NCBI GenBank assembly: GCA_964016885.1
Contig: OZ024761.1
Coordinates: forward strand, 22,072,001-22,136,000
Source: Eledone cirrhosa
Lineage: Eukaryota
Reading direction: 5' to 3'
DNA length: 64,000 bases
Shown: positions 37,250-49,926 of the stretch, in pieces
How the letters are laid out: each line of letters starts with the position of its first letter
How positions within the stretch are numbered: position 1 is the stretch's first letter
Position numbers and translations under genes: made by a program
The notes under the pieces: generated by a model
The model's database searches: none
Told to the model about the DNA's origin: nothing
Seen by the model: the letters and a program-made list of their open reading frames with translations, nothing else

Positions 37250-38740
37250 TATTGTGTACAGTGCTCAGGTGCACCACAACTCATCAAAGATGCATGTATA
37301 GTACATAGAATAATGTTCAAATGTCAGGAAAATGAACAGTGTATGAGTCATGATATACATGTGTGTGTGTGTATGGAGGGGGAACATTAGGTGTAGTGTT
37401 GGCGAATCTCGGGAAGCATGGAAGTTTTAAAGGATGCAGTGTCTCGACAGCTAACAACTGATGCAGGTAGTTTGTTCCATGGAGGTTTTAAAGGATGCAG
37501 TGTCTCGACAGCTCACAACTGATGCAGGTAGTTTGTTCCATGGAGATTTTAAAGGATGCAGTGTCTCGACAGCTAACAACTGATGCAGGTAGTTTGTTCC
37601 ATGGAGGTTTTAAAGGATGCAGTGTCTTGACAGCTAACAACTGATGCAGGTAGTTTGTTCCATGGAGGTTTTAAAGGATGCAGTGTCTCGACAGCTAACA
37701 ACTGATGCAGGTAGTTTGTTCCATGGAGGTTTTAAAGGATGCAGTGTCTCGACAGCTCACAACTGATGCAGGTAGTTTGTTCCATGGAGATTTTAAAGGA
37801 TGCAGTGTCTCGACAGCTAACAACTGATGCAGGTAGTTTGTTCCATGGAGGTTTTAAAGGATGCAGTGTCTTGACAGCTAACAACTGATGCAGGTAGTTT
37901 GTTCCATGGAGGTTTTAAAGGATGCAGTGTCTCGACAGCTAACAACTGATGCAGGTAGTTTGTTCGATGGAGGTTTTAAAGGATGCAGTGTCTCGACAGC
38001 TCACAACTGATGCAGGTAGTTTGTTCCATGGAGATTTTAAAGGATGCAGTGTCTCGACAGCTAACAACTGATGCAGGTAGTTTGTTCCATGGAGGTTTTA
38101 AAGGATGCAGTGTCTCGACAGCTAACAACTGATGCAGGTAGTTTGTTCCATGGAGGTTTTAAAGGATGCAGTGTCTCGACAGCTAACAACTGATGCAGGT
38201 AGTTTGTTCCATGGAGGTTTTAAAGGATGCAGTGTCTCGACAGCTAACAACTGATGCAGGTAGTTTGTTCCATGGAGGTTTTAAAGGATGCAGTGTCTCG
38301 ACAGCCAACAACTGATGCAGGTAGTTTGTTCCATGGAGGTTTTAAAGGATGCAGTGTCTCGACAGCCAACAACTGATGCAGGTAGTTTGTTCCATGGAGG
38401 TTTTAAAGGATGCAGTGTCTCGACAGCCAACAACTGATGCAGGTAGTTTGTTCCATGGAGGTTTTAAAGGATGCAGTGTCTCGACAGCCAACAACTGATG
38501 CAGGTAGTTTGTTCCATGGAGGTTTTAAAGGATGCAGTGTCTCGACAGCCAACAACTGATGCAGGTATTTGTTCCATGCTTCAGTAACTGTGAGCGTGAA
38601 AAAATGTTTCCGAAAGTCATGGGAACTGTGCTGTTTTCTGACTTTGTTGGCATGCCTACGTGTGTTAGACACATGGAAATCAAAAAAGGTACTCAGCGTT
38701 GTTGTTGGCAAGATGGTTAATAATTTTGTGGGCGCCTACC
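37250..38740 (-). mobile_element. CR1-type LINE 3' end containing a 61-bp array
   Basis: Reverse complement of about 41770-42160. Confidence 0.8.
37418..38577 (+). repeat. 61-bp tandem array (about 19 copies) with a 4-unit higher-order period
   Basis: Variant gctcac at 37511/37755/37999 and tcttgac at 37625/37869 (244-bp spacing). Confidence 0.95.
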
Positions 38741-39060
38741 AAGTCAGTACCTTCAGTTTTTTCATTTAATCATTTTACTTTCATTTACATAATTTTCAAT
38801 GCATGGTAACTGAAAACACTTGTTAGACCTGATAACACATGGAACAGGATATACTGAAAATTCAATTTATCATTCTTAATATAAACATTCTGCATATTAC
38901 GCCAATAATAAAATAGATGTCGGTGGTAAAATGCATTTTTAATAATAAATATCAAATTCACTTAAAAGGTTCTTTCTAAAGTCAATTATAACTTGCCTGC
39001 AATTATATGTATGTATGTATATATATGCATATGTATGTATATATATATATATATATATAT

Positions 39061-39422
39061 ACGATATTAACAAATGGAAACTATATTTATAAAACCATAT
39101 TTATAAAACTATATTTATAAAACCATATAAATATAGTTTCCATTTGTTAATATCTTTTTTACTCCAAATATTTGTTGAGTGCTTTATATTAGTTATAAAA
39201 ATATTTGCTTGTTGTATCCCAACAATTTAAATAGAACTTTCCTGATGTCTTCCAAAAGTAACGGTCGCATTTTGAAAGGGTACGTCAATGTTTATTTATA
39301 AAACTGGTATATATTGTATTTTATCTGATGAAGGCATACCATAATTTAACATGGTATCCTTGAAATATGTATAATGAAATAAATATGGTTTTATAAATAT
39401 AGTTTCCATTTATTAATATCGT
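39061..39422 (+). mobile_element. Retrozyme-like insertion: inverted terminus plus slightly more than one 266-nt unit
   Basis: agtttccatt at 39135 and 39401; inverted copy of the 3' end at 39061-39128; (TA)n on both sides. Confidence 0.65.
39317..39381 (+). ncRNA. Type I hammerhead, intact core
   Basis: UAUUUUAU-CUGAUGA-AGGcAUACCAU(AAUUUAAC)AUGGUAUcCUU-GAAA-UAUGUA-UA-AUGAAAUA. Confidence 0.85.
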
Positions 39423-39437
39423 ATATATATATATATT

Positions 39438-39498
<61 letters not shown>

Positions 39499-41404
39499 AT
39501 AATAATAAATTTGAAGACTAAAATCCAAAGAGGGCTCAATAAGGATAAATATGTATCAAATATATAAGAACCGTAGAGCAGAAGATCCCGTTAAGGTGTG
39601 AAAGCAGCGATTCTTTGCTTAAACTTTAATCTGTTATTTTAATAAATAAATATATATATATATATATATAAAGTTATACTTGGGGAGGGTCATATTTGTG
39701 TAATAATATTGCCAGAATTAATAACAGAACACACTCACTGTTTGGTTGGTTTTCACTTCTGTGTCTTTTATATCGGTAATCTAATTTATTCAGTCCTCAA
39801 TGTTGCCATTGACTGACCTCTCTGATTTGCCTATCTGCTGGGTCATTTCTATGTTTAGATATTATTCTAATTTCTATGTTGTGGTGGTGGAGGTAGTGGT
39901 GGAGGTGGAGGTAGTGGTGGAGGTGGTAGTGGTGGAGGTAGTGGTGGAGGTTGTAGTGGTGGAGGTGGAGGTAGTGGTGGAGGTGGTAGTGGTGGAGGTG
40001 GTGGTGGTGGTGGTGGTGGTGGAGGTTGTAGTGGTGGAGGTGGTGGTGGTGGTGGAGGTGGTGGTGGTACACGGTAGGAATAGTGTTTATACTTATAGCA
40101 TATAATCCTTATAATGTTTGTTATATAGCTGTATATATAGGTCAATGAAAACTTTATATATATATAAACACAGCCACCATAACTGCTATTAACTAAAAGG
40201 TGTGGAGTCAGAGCAGTTGCGTGCAGTTGCATTACTGCAGTTTGGCAGGTTCATTGTGTGAGCTAGACGTTGGCCGTAGACCGTTGACATAGTTTCAACA
40301 ACTTTTGTTAAAAATTGTATATATACACTCAGTAGACATCTCCAAACCAAACATACACCCCAAACCACTACTCCTACTACACCCTCCCACTCCCACCAAC
40401 ACCAACCCTTTCTCTGTAAAGTTATGTTGGTACCAAAACATCCAGTCCAAACTAATGAGGTCGTGTAGGTGTACCAACAAAAAACACACACAGTCCACGC
40501 TGTAATGTAGCCGTGTAGGTAACACGGTAAAAATCTCCCAGTTCCACACTGTAAATGTGGTTGGTGTTAGGAAGGGCATCCAGTCGTAGAAAACCTGCCA
40601 GACAGTCCTACACGAGCGAGACACGGTCACCCGACCAATCTTGCCTCAAGTGGGACAACTCCCGTCTAACCCATGCTAGCGTGGAAAATAGACATTAAAC
40701 GATGATGATGATGATGATGATATACATATGTGTGTGTGTGCATGTGTGTTCCTGTGTTTCTGTGTTCAATATATACATATATGCATGCATGTATATATGT
40801 ATGTTTGTGTGTGTATATGTGCATGTATGTGCATATGTATATGCATATGTATGTATGTATGTATATGAGTTGCGAGAAGACTGTGCTGGTACAGACATGT
40901 GCTGTATAGGAATGGTGACAGATTTGTGGAGAAGTGGCTAGAAATCCAGGTGAAAGAAAGCTGCAGCAGAGGTAGACTAAAGAAAAGGTGGGCTGAGGTT
41001 GTCAGAGCTGATTTAAAATAGTTGACAGCAGAGATGGATGATAAAGGACCACAAATAGGAGAGATCCTGGAAACATAAGCTGTCCAACTTGTGTAAGTAG
41101 GATAAAGTGAACCTAAAACAATGATCATATAACCATCTTGCCAACAACCCATTATTATTATTATTTTATATAGTAGTTAGGTATGTAACGATAGTTCCAG
41201 GCTGTCTGCCAGTCAGAGCATACAATATGTATGGAGGGGAAATATCAAGTGTAGTGTTGGCGAATTTCAGGAAGTGTGTAAGTTTTAACGGATGCAGTGT
41301 CTCGGCAGCTAACAACTGATGCAGGCAGTTTGTTACAACTCTGTATGTATACATACATATATATATATATGTATATATACATGTATGTATACATATATAT
41401 GCAT

Positions 41405-42170
41405 GTCTGATATCAAGAAATCCTCTTGTGAACGTGACCTGGGCATTACTGTCAGCAGTGATTTGCGTTGGACAAAGCATGTCTCTAAGATTGTCAAGAA
41501 GGCCGAGGGTGTCTTGGCATCACTCATCAAGACCTTTGTCAGCCGCTCTCCAGCCATCTATTTAAATAGCTATGGTACGACCACACTTGGATTTCGCATC
41601 ATCAGTCTGGAACCCCTATCTTGCTCAGAACATTGACCTCCTGGAAACTGTTAAGAGATGTGCAACCAAGCGCATACCCTCCATCAGACACCTACCATAC
41701 TCTGAACGCCTTGCTACCCTGGGCATGGATACATTGAAGCTCTGACATCTGGCAATGGAGTTGGTAAACACCCACAAAGTTATTAACCATCTCGCCAACA
41801 ACAACCCTGAGTACCTTTTTGATCTCCATGTGTCTAACATACATGGACATGCCTACAAAGTCAGAAAACAGCACAGCTCCCATGACTTTCGGAAACATTT
41901 TTTCACGCTCAGAGTTGCTGAAGCATGGAACAATCTGCCTGCATCAGTTGTTAGCTGCTGAGACACTGCATCCTTTAAGACACTCATGCTTCCTGAAATT
42001 CACCAAAACTACATCTGATGTACCCCTTCCATACACATACACACATGTGTTTATCATGACTCATGCTCTGTTCATTTTCCTGACGTTTGTACATTACCCT
42101 ATGTACTATACATACACTTTTGATGAGTTGTAGTGCAGCTGAGCACTGTACACAATATTTTCATTATATT
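41405..42170 (+). mobile_element. CR1-clade LINE 3' fragment (degenerate ORF2 C-terminus)
   Basis: ERDLGITVSSDLRW, RPHL..ASSVWNPY, YSERLATLG, FFTLRVAEAWNNLP. Confidence 0.88.
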
Positions 42171-42196
42171 ATATTATATATATATATATATATATA

Positions 42197-42552
42197 TAAA
42201 GTTATGTTGGTGCCGCGCCATCGAGGCCGAAACAAATGAGATCGTGTAGGTGTCACGACAAAAAAAAACACACAGTCCACGCTGTAATGTGGCCGTGTAG
42301 GCAACACGGTAAAAACCTCCCAGACCCACACTGTAAATGTGGTTGGTGTTAGGAAGGGCATCCAACTGTAGAAAACCTGCCAGACAGTCCTATGCGAGCA
42401 AGACAATCACTCTTGCCTCAAGTGGGACTACCCCCGTCCAAACCCATGCAAGCGTGGAACACGGACGTTAAACGTTGATGATGATGATGATGATATATAT
42501 ATATATATGTATGTATACATGTATGTATACATGTATGTATACATATATATGC

Positions 42553-42624
<72 letters not shown>

Positions 42625-42648
42625 ACATGTATGTATACATATATATGC

Positions 42649-42711
<63 letters not shown>

Positions 42712-43020
42712 CATATATCTATGTAAAGTTATGTTGGTGCCGCGCCATCCAGGCTGAAACAAATGAGATCGTGTAGGTGTCACGACAAAAAAACACACAG
42801 TCCACGCTGTAATGTGGCCGTGTAGGCAACACGGTAAAAACCTCCCAGACCCACACTGTAAATGTGGTTGGTGTTAGGAAGGGCATCCAACTGTAGAAAA
42901 CCTGCCAGACAGTCCTATGCGAGCAAGACAATCACTCTTGCCTCAAGTGGGACTACCCCCGTCCAAACCCATGCAAGCGTGGAGCACGGACGTTAAACGT
43001 TGATGATGATGATGATGATG
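42197..43020 (+). repeat. Local tandem duplication of a SINE-like element between microsatellites
   Basis: 42197-42492 nearly identical to 42725-43020. Confidence 0.85.
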
Positions 43021-43170
43021 ATATATATATACAGGCATATATATGTATACATACATGTATGTATATATATGTAGAGAGAATAAACATACCAAAATATATG
43101 TGTTTTTGTATTTGTATATATTGATTTGTTTTTATGAAAGTATTTACACATATACACTCATACTTGCACG

Positions 43171-43201
<31 letters not shown>

Positions 43202-43212
43202 ACAGTAGAAAT

Positions 43213-43243
<31 letters not shown>

Positions 43244-43371
43244 AGAGTGGTAGGTGAATCAAACTGGTTTTATAAACCGGATTGAGTAAGTCTCAATCAC
43301 ACTGATTGTAGGTCTGTAAGTATATATATGTACATTTTTTTCTCTCTCATTTTCTATTGAAACAGTAGCGC

Positions 43372-43415
<44 letters not shown>

Positions 43416-43449
43416 GCACATATATATATATATATATATAACAATATAT

Positions 43450-43505
<56 letters not shown>

Positions 43506-43533
43506 ATATATTGTTATATATATATATATAATA

Positions 43534-43580
<47 letters not shown>

Positions 43581-43614
43581 GCACATATATATATATATAT
43601 ATATAACAATATAG

Positions 43615-43678
<64 letters not shown>

Positions 43679-43706
43679 ATATATTGTTATATATATATAT
43701 ATAATA

Positions 43707-43749
<43 letters not shown>

Positions 43750-44389
43750 GGTTACTTTTTTGCATGTTTCTTTCACCTGTGTCTTCCCATGATGGACCTG
43801 AACGCCTTTTTTTCTCCTGTTCCTTTTCCATTCCCCCTTTTTTCTTTCCTCTCTCCTCATCCTTTTCCACCTGGCTTTTTGATTAATAAAAGGCCCCGGG
43901 TGCACCCGAAATACACCGATGTCCTGTAATTCAGCCTCGAAACATTGCTTTGGGAAACATTTACACCTGACGATGGAAACTCCTTTGTTCCTTTCTCCTC
44001 CTGTTCCGTCCTAACCATCATCCTAAACTTTGTTTTTAATAACCACACAGCTCCTTTCGTTTCATAACTTTTTGTATATATATATATCATCATCATCATC
44101 ATTATCATCGTTTAACGTCCATTTTCCATGCTAGCATGGGTCTGGACGGGAATTGTCCCACTTGAGGCAAGATTGGTTGTCTTGCTCAGGACTGTCTGGC
44201 GGGTTTTCTACAGCTGGATGCCCTTCCTAACACCAACCACGTTTACAGTGTGTACTGGGAGGTTTTTACCGTGTTACCTACACAGCCACATTACAGCGTG
44301 GACTGTGTGTTTTTTGTCGTGACACCTACACATATATATATATATTGCAAAACAAATTGAAAAACAAATTATATATATAATATATACAC

Positions 44390-44420
<31 letters not shown>

Positions 44421-44424
44421 TATT

Positions 44425-44746
44425 TCGTTTCTGAATTTGTTTAGCAAGATTCTTTATCTGAAAACGTGTGTTGAAACCGATATTGTTATGCTTTGGGAGG
44501 GTCATGTTGCCAATAAGAAACACACGCACCAGTTGCTTTCACTTCAATTTATTATAAATTAAATTTATAAATTTAGGAATTTATAATTTCCGGTTGGTTA
44601 GTTGGTTCCACAACCAGACGATTGTTCATATATTGTCAAAGTTCTTTCGTCACACATTCTGTGACCTCTTCAGTGACTGGGGATTCTTTTCTTTGTTTTT
44701 GTGCCTCTTTTTTGTTCTGTCCTACGCCATCTTGTTTTTGTATGTC
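44425..44746 (-). mobile_element. Inverted Penelope pLTR-like fragment
   Basis: Diverged reverse complement of about 47180-47440. Confidence 0.8.
44635..44678 (-). ncRNA. Minimal hammerhead in inverted pLTR
   Basis: GUCA-CUGAAGA-G-GUCACA(GAAUG)UGUGAC-GAAA-GAAC-UU-UGAC. Confidence 0.78.
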
Positions 44747-44751
44747 ATATA

Positions 44752-44783
<32 letters not shown>

Positions 44784-44817
44784 GAACATTTTGTATTTTA
44801 TCTGATAAAACATATTG

Positions 44818-44878
44818 TATTTTATCTGATGATAGTGTACCAAAATTTTGGTACCCTTGAAATATATATAATAGAATA
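44818..44878 (+). ncRNA. Type I hammerhead, same family as 39317
   Basis: UAUUUUAU-CUGAUGA-uAGuGUACCAA(AAUU)UUGGUACcCUu-GAAA-UAUAUA-UA-AUAGAAUA; stem II covaries with the 39317 copy. Confidence 0.82.
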
Positions 44879-45040
44879 AATATGGTTTTATAAATATAGT
44901 TTTCATTTATTTAATATCAATGTATATTATACTTCAGAAAACTTGTAGAGTGCTCTGAATCAGTTATAAACATATATATTTGTTGAATTACCAACAAATT
45001 GAATATCCCTTCTGCTTATATATATATATATATATATATA

Positions 45041-46933
45041 TTGTATGGGCTTCGTAAAGACCATAAAACGGGCTGGGACCCTGTTGCGGGACCACCAACA
45101 CGGCCAGTCTGTGGGGCTAACATTGCTAGTAACTACAGACTGTCCTACTTCCTCTCCCTGATCATACGCCCCATCATTGAGATGTCCCCAGATGTGTGTG
45201 ACAGCACGGAGGACCTCCTCAGCAGAATCGGCGCGGGTAACCGATCTGGGGACCTAACAAACTGCATAATAGGCAGTATGGATGTTGTGTCCCTGTATCC
45301 ATCTATTGACGTGGATTTTGCTGTGGAGAAATGCGTCGAAATGATCAGCGAGAGCAAGGTTGAGTTCCGTGGGATTGATACCAGTGAGCTGGGACTTCTA
45401 CTTAAGCTTACCCATAGTAATAGTTACCTAGACACTTATGACCTTAGCAACCTGTGCCCTTCAAGACCAGCAAGAGGCAGACCACCTACCATTACCTCAA
45501 TGGCCAAGAAAACCCACACAGATAGATGGAACGGGTGGAGCAGAGCCATACGGACACCCGAAAACCACGATGAACTGAAGAAAATGATTGCACATGCGGT
45601 AGGGGCCAGCATAAAACTAACCCTTAAGGAACATATGTTCAAATTTAATGGTAAAACATATGCCCAAGAGGAAGGAGCAGCCATTGGTGTTAGCATTGCA
45701 GGCGACATAGCTAACCTATTCATGGTATGGTGGGACAGTAGACTTAAACAAAAACTTAAAGAACAATTAGAAGACAGCTTAACCCTGATAATGTACTCCC
45801 GCTACGTAGATGATATAAACATCGTAGTTAAGACACCCCCACTAAAGAACAGTCAGGAACTAGAGAAAAACACAATGGAAAGCATCCAGCAAATAGCAAA
45901 CTCCATCCACCAGAGCATTAGAGTTACTATAGACTACCCAAGTAGACACCCCAACCATTGATTACCTGTACTAGACACAGAGCTCTGGTTAGATACTATT
46001 AACAACCAAAAACAAATCCTCCATTCCCATTATGCCAAACCCATGACTTCCAAACATCTGATCCACCGAAACTCGGCCATTTCGGACCATACCAAAATCA
46101 ACATACTGATTGCGGATTTGGTACGGGTGATGAGAAACGTGTCCCGCATGTGCAACCCCGAAGAACTAGAGAGACACATACAACACGTCATCCACCGTAT
46201 GCAGTTCTCTGGCTACAATCAGAGAGATAGAATCAGAGTGTATAAAGGAGCCAGAACCAAATGGGAAAAAATGGTAAATAATGACATAAATGGGACCTGC
46301 CCCTTGTATAGGAGCAAATTTTGGAATAGAATAGAAAGAACTAAGAACAAGGCCAATAGAATAAACTCATGGTATGATAGCAATAAATACCAGAGTGTAA
46401 TGTTCATCAATACAACCCCTAGAGGCGAACTAGCCTACAAATTTAGAAGGGCCCTAAAGAAACATAATCTCAATATTAAGATAGTAGAAAGACCTGGTAC
46501 CTCCGTAAAAACACTTATTAGCAAGACATACCCGTTCCAAAGACCCTCATGTATAGATAAGAAATGTATAACCTGTAAAATAAGCCCCCATATTAACTGT
46601 AAAACTAGAAATGTAGTATATAGCATAAGATGTACTGAAGGACAATGTAGAAACAAAAATGTAGTGTACATAGGTGAGACAGCTCGTAGTATAGGGGAAC
46701 GAATAAATGAACACTGGCGAGACCTCCAAGATAGTAAAGAATCATCTGTGCTCTACCAACATGCTAAGATAGAACACAGGGGTAAATTAGAGAGCATAGA
46801 AATAAAAATAGAATCCACACACAAGAAAGACGCAATGTTTAGGCAAATTACAGAGGCAGTAAGCATAAAAGAATTAAAACCAAAATTAAATAGAAAATAT
46901 GAGTGGAACAGCAACATCACAACTTACAATTAA
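45041..46933 (+). pseudogene. PLE reverse transcriptase + Cys knuckle + GIY-YIG endonuclease with one in-frame stop
   Basis: LYGLRKDHK, RPV, DVVSLYPSI, GAAIG, RYVDD; TGA at 45959-45961 then in-frame LPVLD; CIDKKCITC; VVYSIRC..VYIGETARS. Confidence 0.92.
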
Positions 46934-47238
46934 GGACAAAATGAAAACACACACACACATAGAACAAACAACTTACAATTGAAAACACACACAAAATGAA
47001 AACACACACAAGACAAAATGAAAACACACACACACATAGAACAAACAACCAACCAACAATAAATAAATAAATAAACAAACAAATAGAAAAATATAAATAG
47101 AAAAATAGAAAAATGAACACAAACACACACAGACACCCGGATGTGGCGCATGCGCAAACTGAGCACGCAACCCACACACAAACAAAATGGCGTAGGATAG
47201 AAGAAAGGAAAGACACAGAAACGAAGAACGAAATCCCC

Positions 47239-47283
47239 AGTCACTGAAGAGGTCACAGAGTGTGTGACGAAAGAACTATGACT
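47239..47283 (+). ncRNA. Minimal hammerhead in PLE pLTR
   Basis: AGUCA-CUGAAGA-G-GUCACA(GAGUG)UGUGAC-GAAA-GAAC-UA-UGACU. Confidence 0.85.
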
Positions 47284-47474
47284 ATATATATATAAACAAC
47301 TATCTGGTTGTGGAACCAACCAACCAACCAGAAATTTATAAATTTGTAAATTTATAAATATATATTAAATTAAATTGAAGTGAAAGCAACTGGTGCGTGT
47401 GTTTCTTATTGGCAACATGACCCTCCCAAAGTATAACAATATATATATATGTATATACATATATATATATATAC

Positions 47475-47579
<105 letters not shown>

Positions 47580-48074
47580 AATATATATATATATAAACAT
47601 ATATATATATATATATTTATATATTTATATATATAATTTTTCCCTACTGTAAGGTTTCTCTAGCAGTTGATTCCGAGGTGAACCGTGGCAACTGACCCCA
47701 GATCAGTCCCTCATCTGAGGGGTTCAATATAACATGGTGGATATAAGGATAATAATAATTGTTTCTACTAAAGGCACAAGGCCAGCAATTTGGGAGGAGC
47801 GGAAAGTCAATTAAATCCACTCCAGTGTATTACTGGTACTTTATTTTATCAAACCCTGTAACATTATCATCAACAACAACAACAGTCACTACAACAACAA
47901 CAACAGTCACTACAACAACAACAGTCACTACAACAACAACAACAGTCACTACAACAACAACAACAACGGGGACAACATGAAAAGACCTACTTATATACAA
48001 TTAATTTATTATCATTAAACTCCTCTTTATCTGGCTATATTCTCTGGTAATACAGAGATCAATATAAGGAGAGA

Positions 48075-48822
48075 GGTGGTGGTGGTGGTGGTGGTGGTGG
48101 TGGCTGTGGTGGTAGTGGTGGCTGTGGTGGTGATGGTGGTGGTGGTGGTGGTAGTGGTGATGGTGGTAGTGGTGGTGGCTGTGGTGGTAGTGGTGGCTGT
48201 GGTGGTGGTGGCTGTGGTGGTGGTGGCTGTGGTGGTGGTGGTGGCTGTGGTGGTAGTGGTGGCTGTGGTGGTGATGGTGGTGGTGGTGGTGGTAGTGGTG
48301 ATGGTGGTAGTGGTGGTGGCTGTGGTGGTAGTGGTGGCTGTGGTGGTGGTGGCTGTGGTGGTGGTGGCTGTGGTGGCTGTGGTGGTGGTGGCTGTGGTGG
48401 TGGTGGCTGTGGTGGTGGTGGTGGCTGTGGTGGTAGTGGTGGCTGTGGTGGTGGTGGTGGCTGTGGTGGTGGTGGTGGCTGTGGTGGTGGTGGTGGCTGT
48501 GGTGGTGGTGGCTGTGGTGGTGGTGGTGGCTGTGGTGGTGGTGGTGGTGGTGGCTGTGGTGGTAGTGGTGGTGGTGGTGGTGGTGATGGTGGTGGCTGTG
48601 GTGGTAGTGGTGGTGGTAGTGGTGGTGGTTGTGGTGGTAGTGGTGGTGGTGGTGGTGGTGGTGGTGGTGTGTGGTGGTGGTGGTGGTGGTGGTGTGTAGT
48701 GGTGGTGGTGGTGTGTGGTGGTGTGTGGTGGTGTGTGGTGGTGGTGGTGGTGTGTGGTGGTAGTGGTGGTAGTGGTGGTGGTGATAGAGGTGGTGGTGGT
48801 AGTGGTGGTGGTGGTGGTGGCT
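48075..48822. repeat. (GTG)n microsatellite with GCT/GTA variants
   Basis: Direct inspection. Confidence 0.92.
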
Positions 48823-48964
48823 GTTGTTATAGTGGTGTTGGGAGGGGATCAAGAGTTTTATTTCACATCAATACTCCTAGCTGAACAGTCTTTCTATAGT
48901 CATTTATACACATACACACGCACTCATACACACACACTCATACACACGCACTCATACACACACA

Positions 48965-49019
<55 letters not shown>

Positions 49020-49087
49020 GTATATATATATATATATATGAATTAGTTTTGCGAGGTTTTTTTATATGAAATCGTGTGTCGAAACAA

Positions 49088-49225
49088 ATATTGTTATACT
49101 TGGGGAGGGTCATATTTGTGTAATATTGCCAGAATTAATAACAGAACACACTCACAGTGAGTGTGTTCTGTTATTAATTCTGGCAATATTACACAAATAT
49201 GACCCTCCCCAAGTATAACAATATA
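49088..49225. repeat. Perfect palindrome of a PLE-related 3' terminus
   Basis: Arms tattgttatacttggggagggtc...cactcac / gtgagtg...gaccctccccaagtataacaata. Confidence 0.88.
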
Positions 49226-49269
49226 TATATATGTATATATGCATATATATATGTATATATGCATATATA

Positions 49270-49615
49270 TCATCATCATCATCATCATTTCATTTTACGT
49301 CCGCTTTTCCCTGCTTGCAAGGGTGGGACGGGAACTGATTCTGGCTTGATTTCTACAGCTGGATGCCCTTCCTAACACCAACCTCATTTACAGTGAGTGC
49401 TGGGTGTTTTTTTGCCGTGGCACCTCCACGACCACTTTGCAGTGGAATGATAGAGACCCCAGTCCCTATCATCTCATTTCTACAGCTGAGTAAACTGGAG
49501 CAATGTGAAATAAAGTCTCTTGCTCAAGGAAACAACACATCACCCGGTCTGAGAATTGAACTCACAATCTTTCGATTGCAAGGCCAATGCTCTAACCACT
49601 AAGCCATGTGCCTCC
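49270..49615 (-). mobile_element. tRNA SINE with RTE family B tail
   Basis: Reverse complement of the 23643 copy. Confidence 0.88.
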
Positions 49616-49648
<33 letters not shown>

Positions 49649-49653
49649 ATATA

Positions 49654-49689
<36 letters not shown>

Positions 49690-49723
49690 TATATATATAT
49701 GTGTATATATATATGTGTATATA

Positions 49724-49815
<92 letters not shown>

Positions 49816-49873
49816 GTGAGAGAGAGATATTGATTGATAAGGTGATAGATTAGGCTTTCAGTATCTCCCCCCC

Positions 49874-49926
<53 letters not shown>

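Larger units (their letters stand above)
45040..47441 (+). mobile_element. Penelope-like retroelement, 5'-truncated, flanked by (TA)n
   Basis: RT and GIY-YIG coding region, 3' pLTR with a hammerhead. Confidence 0.93.

Noticed and set aside
45959-45961. In-frame TGA as selenocysteine in the PLE
   Set aside because: Position before LPVLD is not a Cys site and CGA-to-TGA decay is simpler; no SECIS recognised
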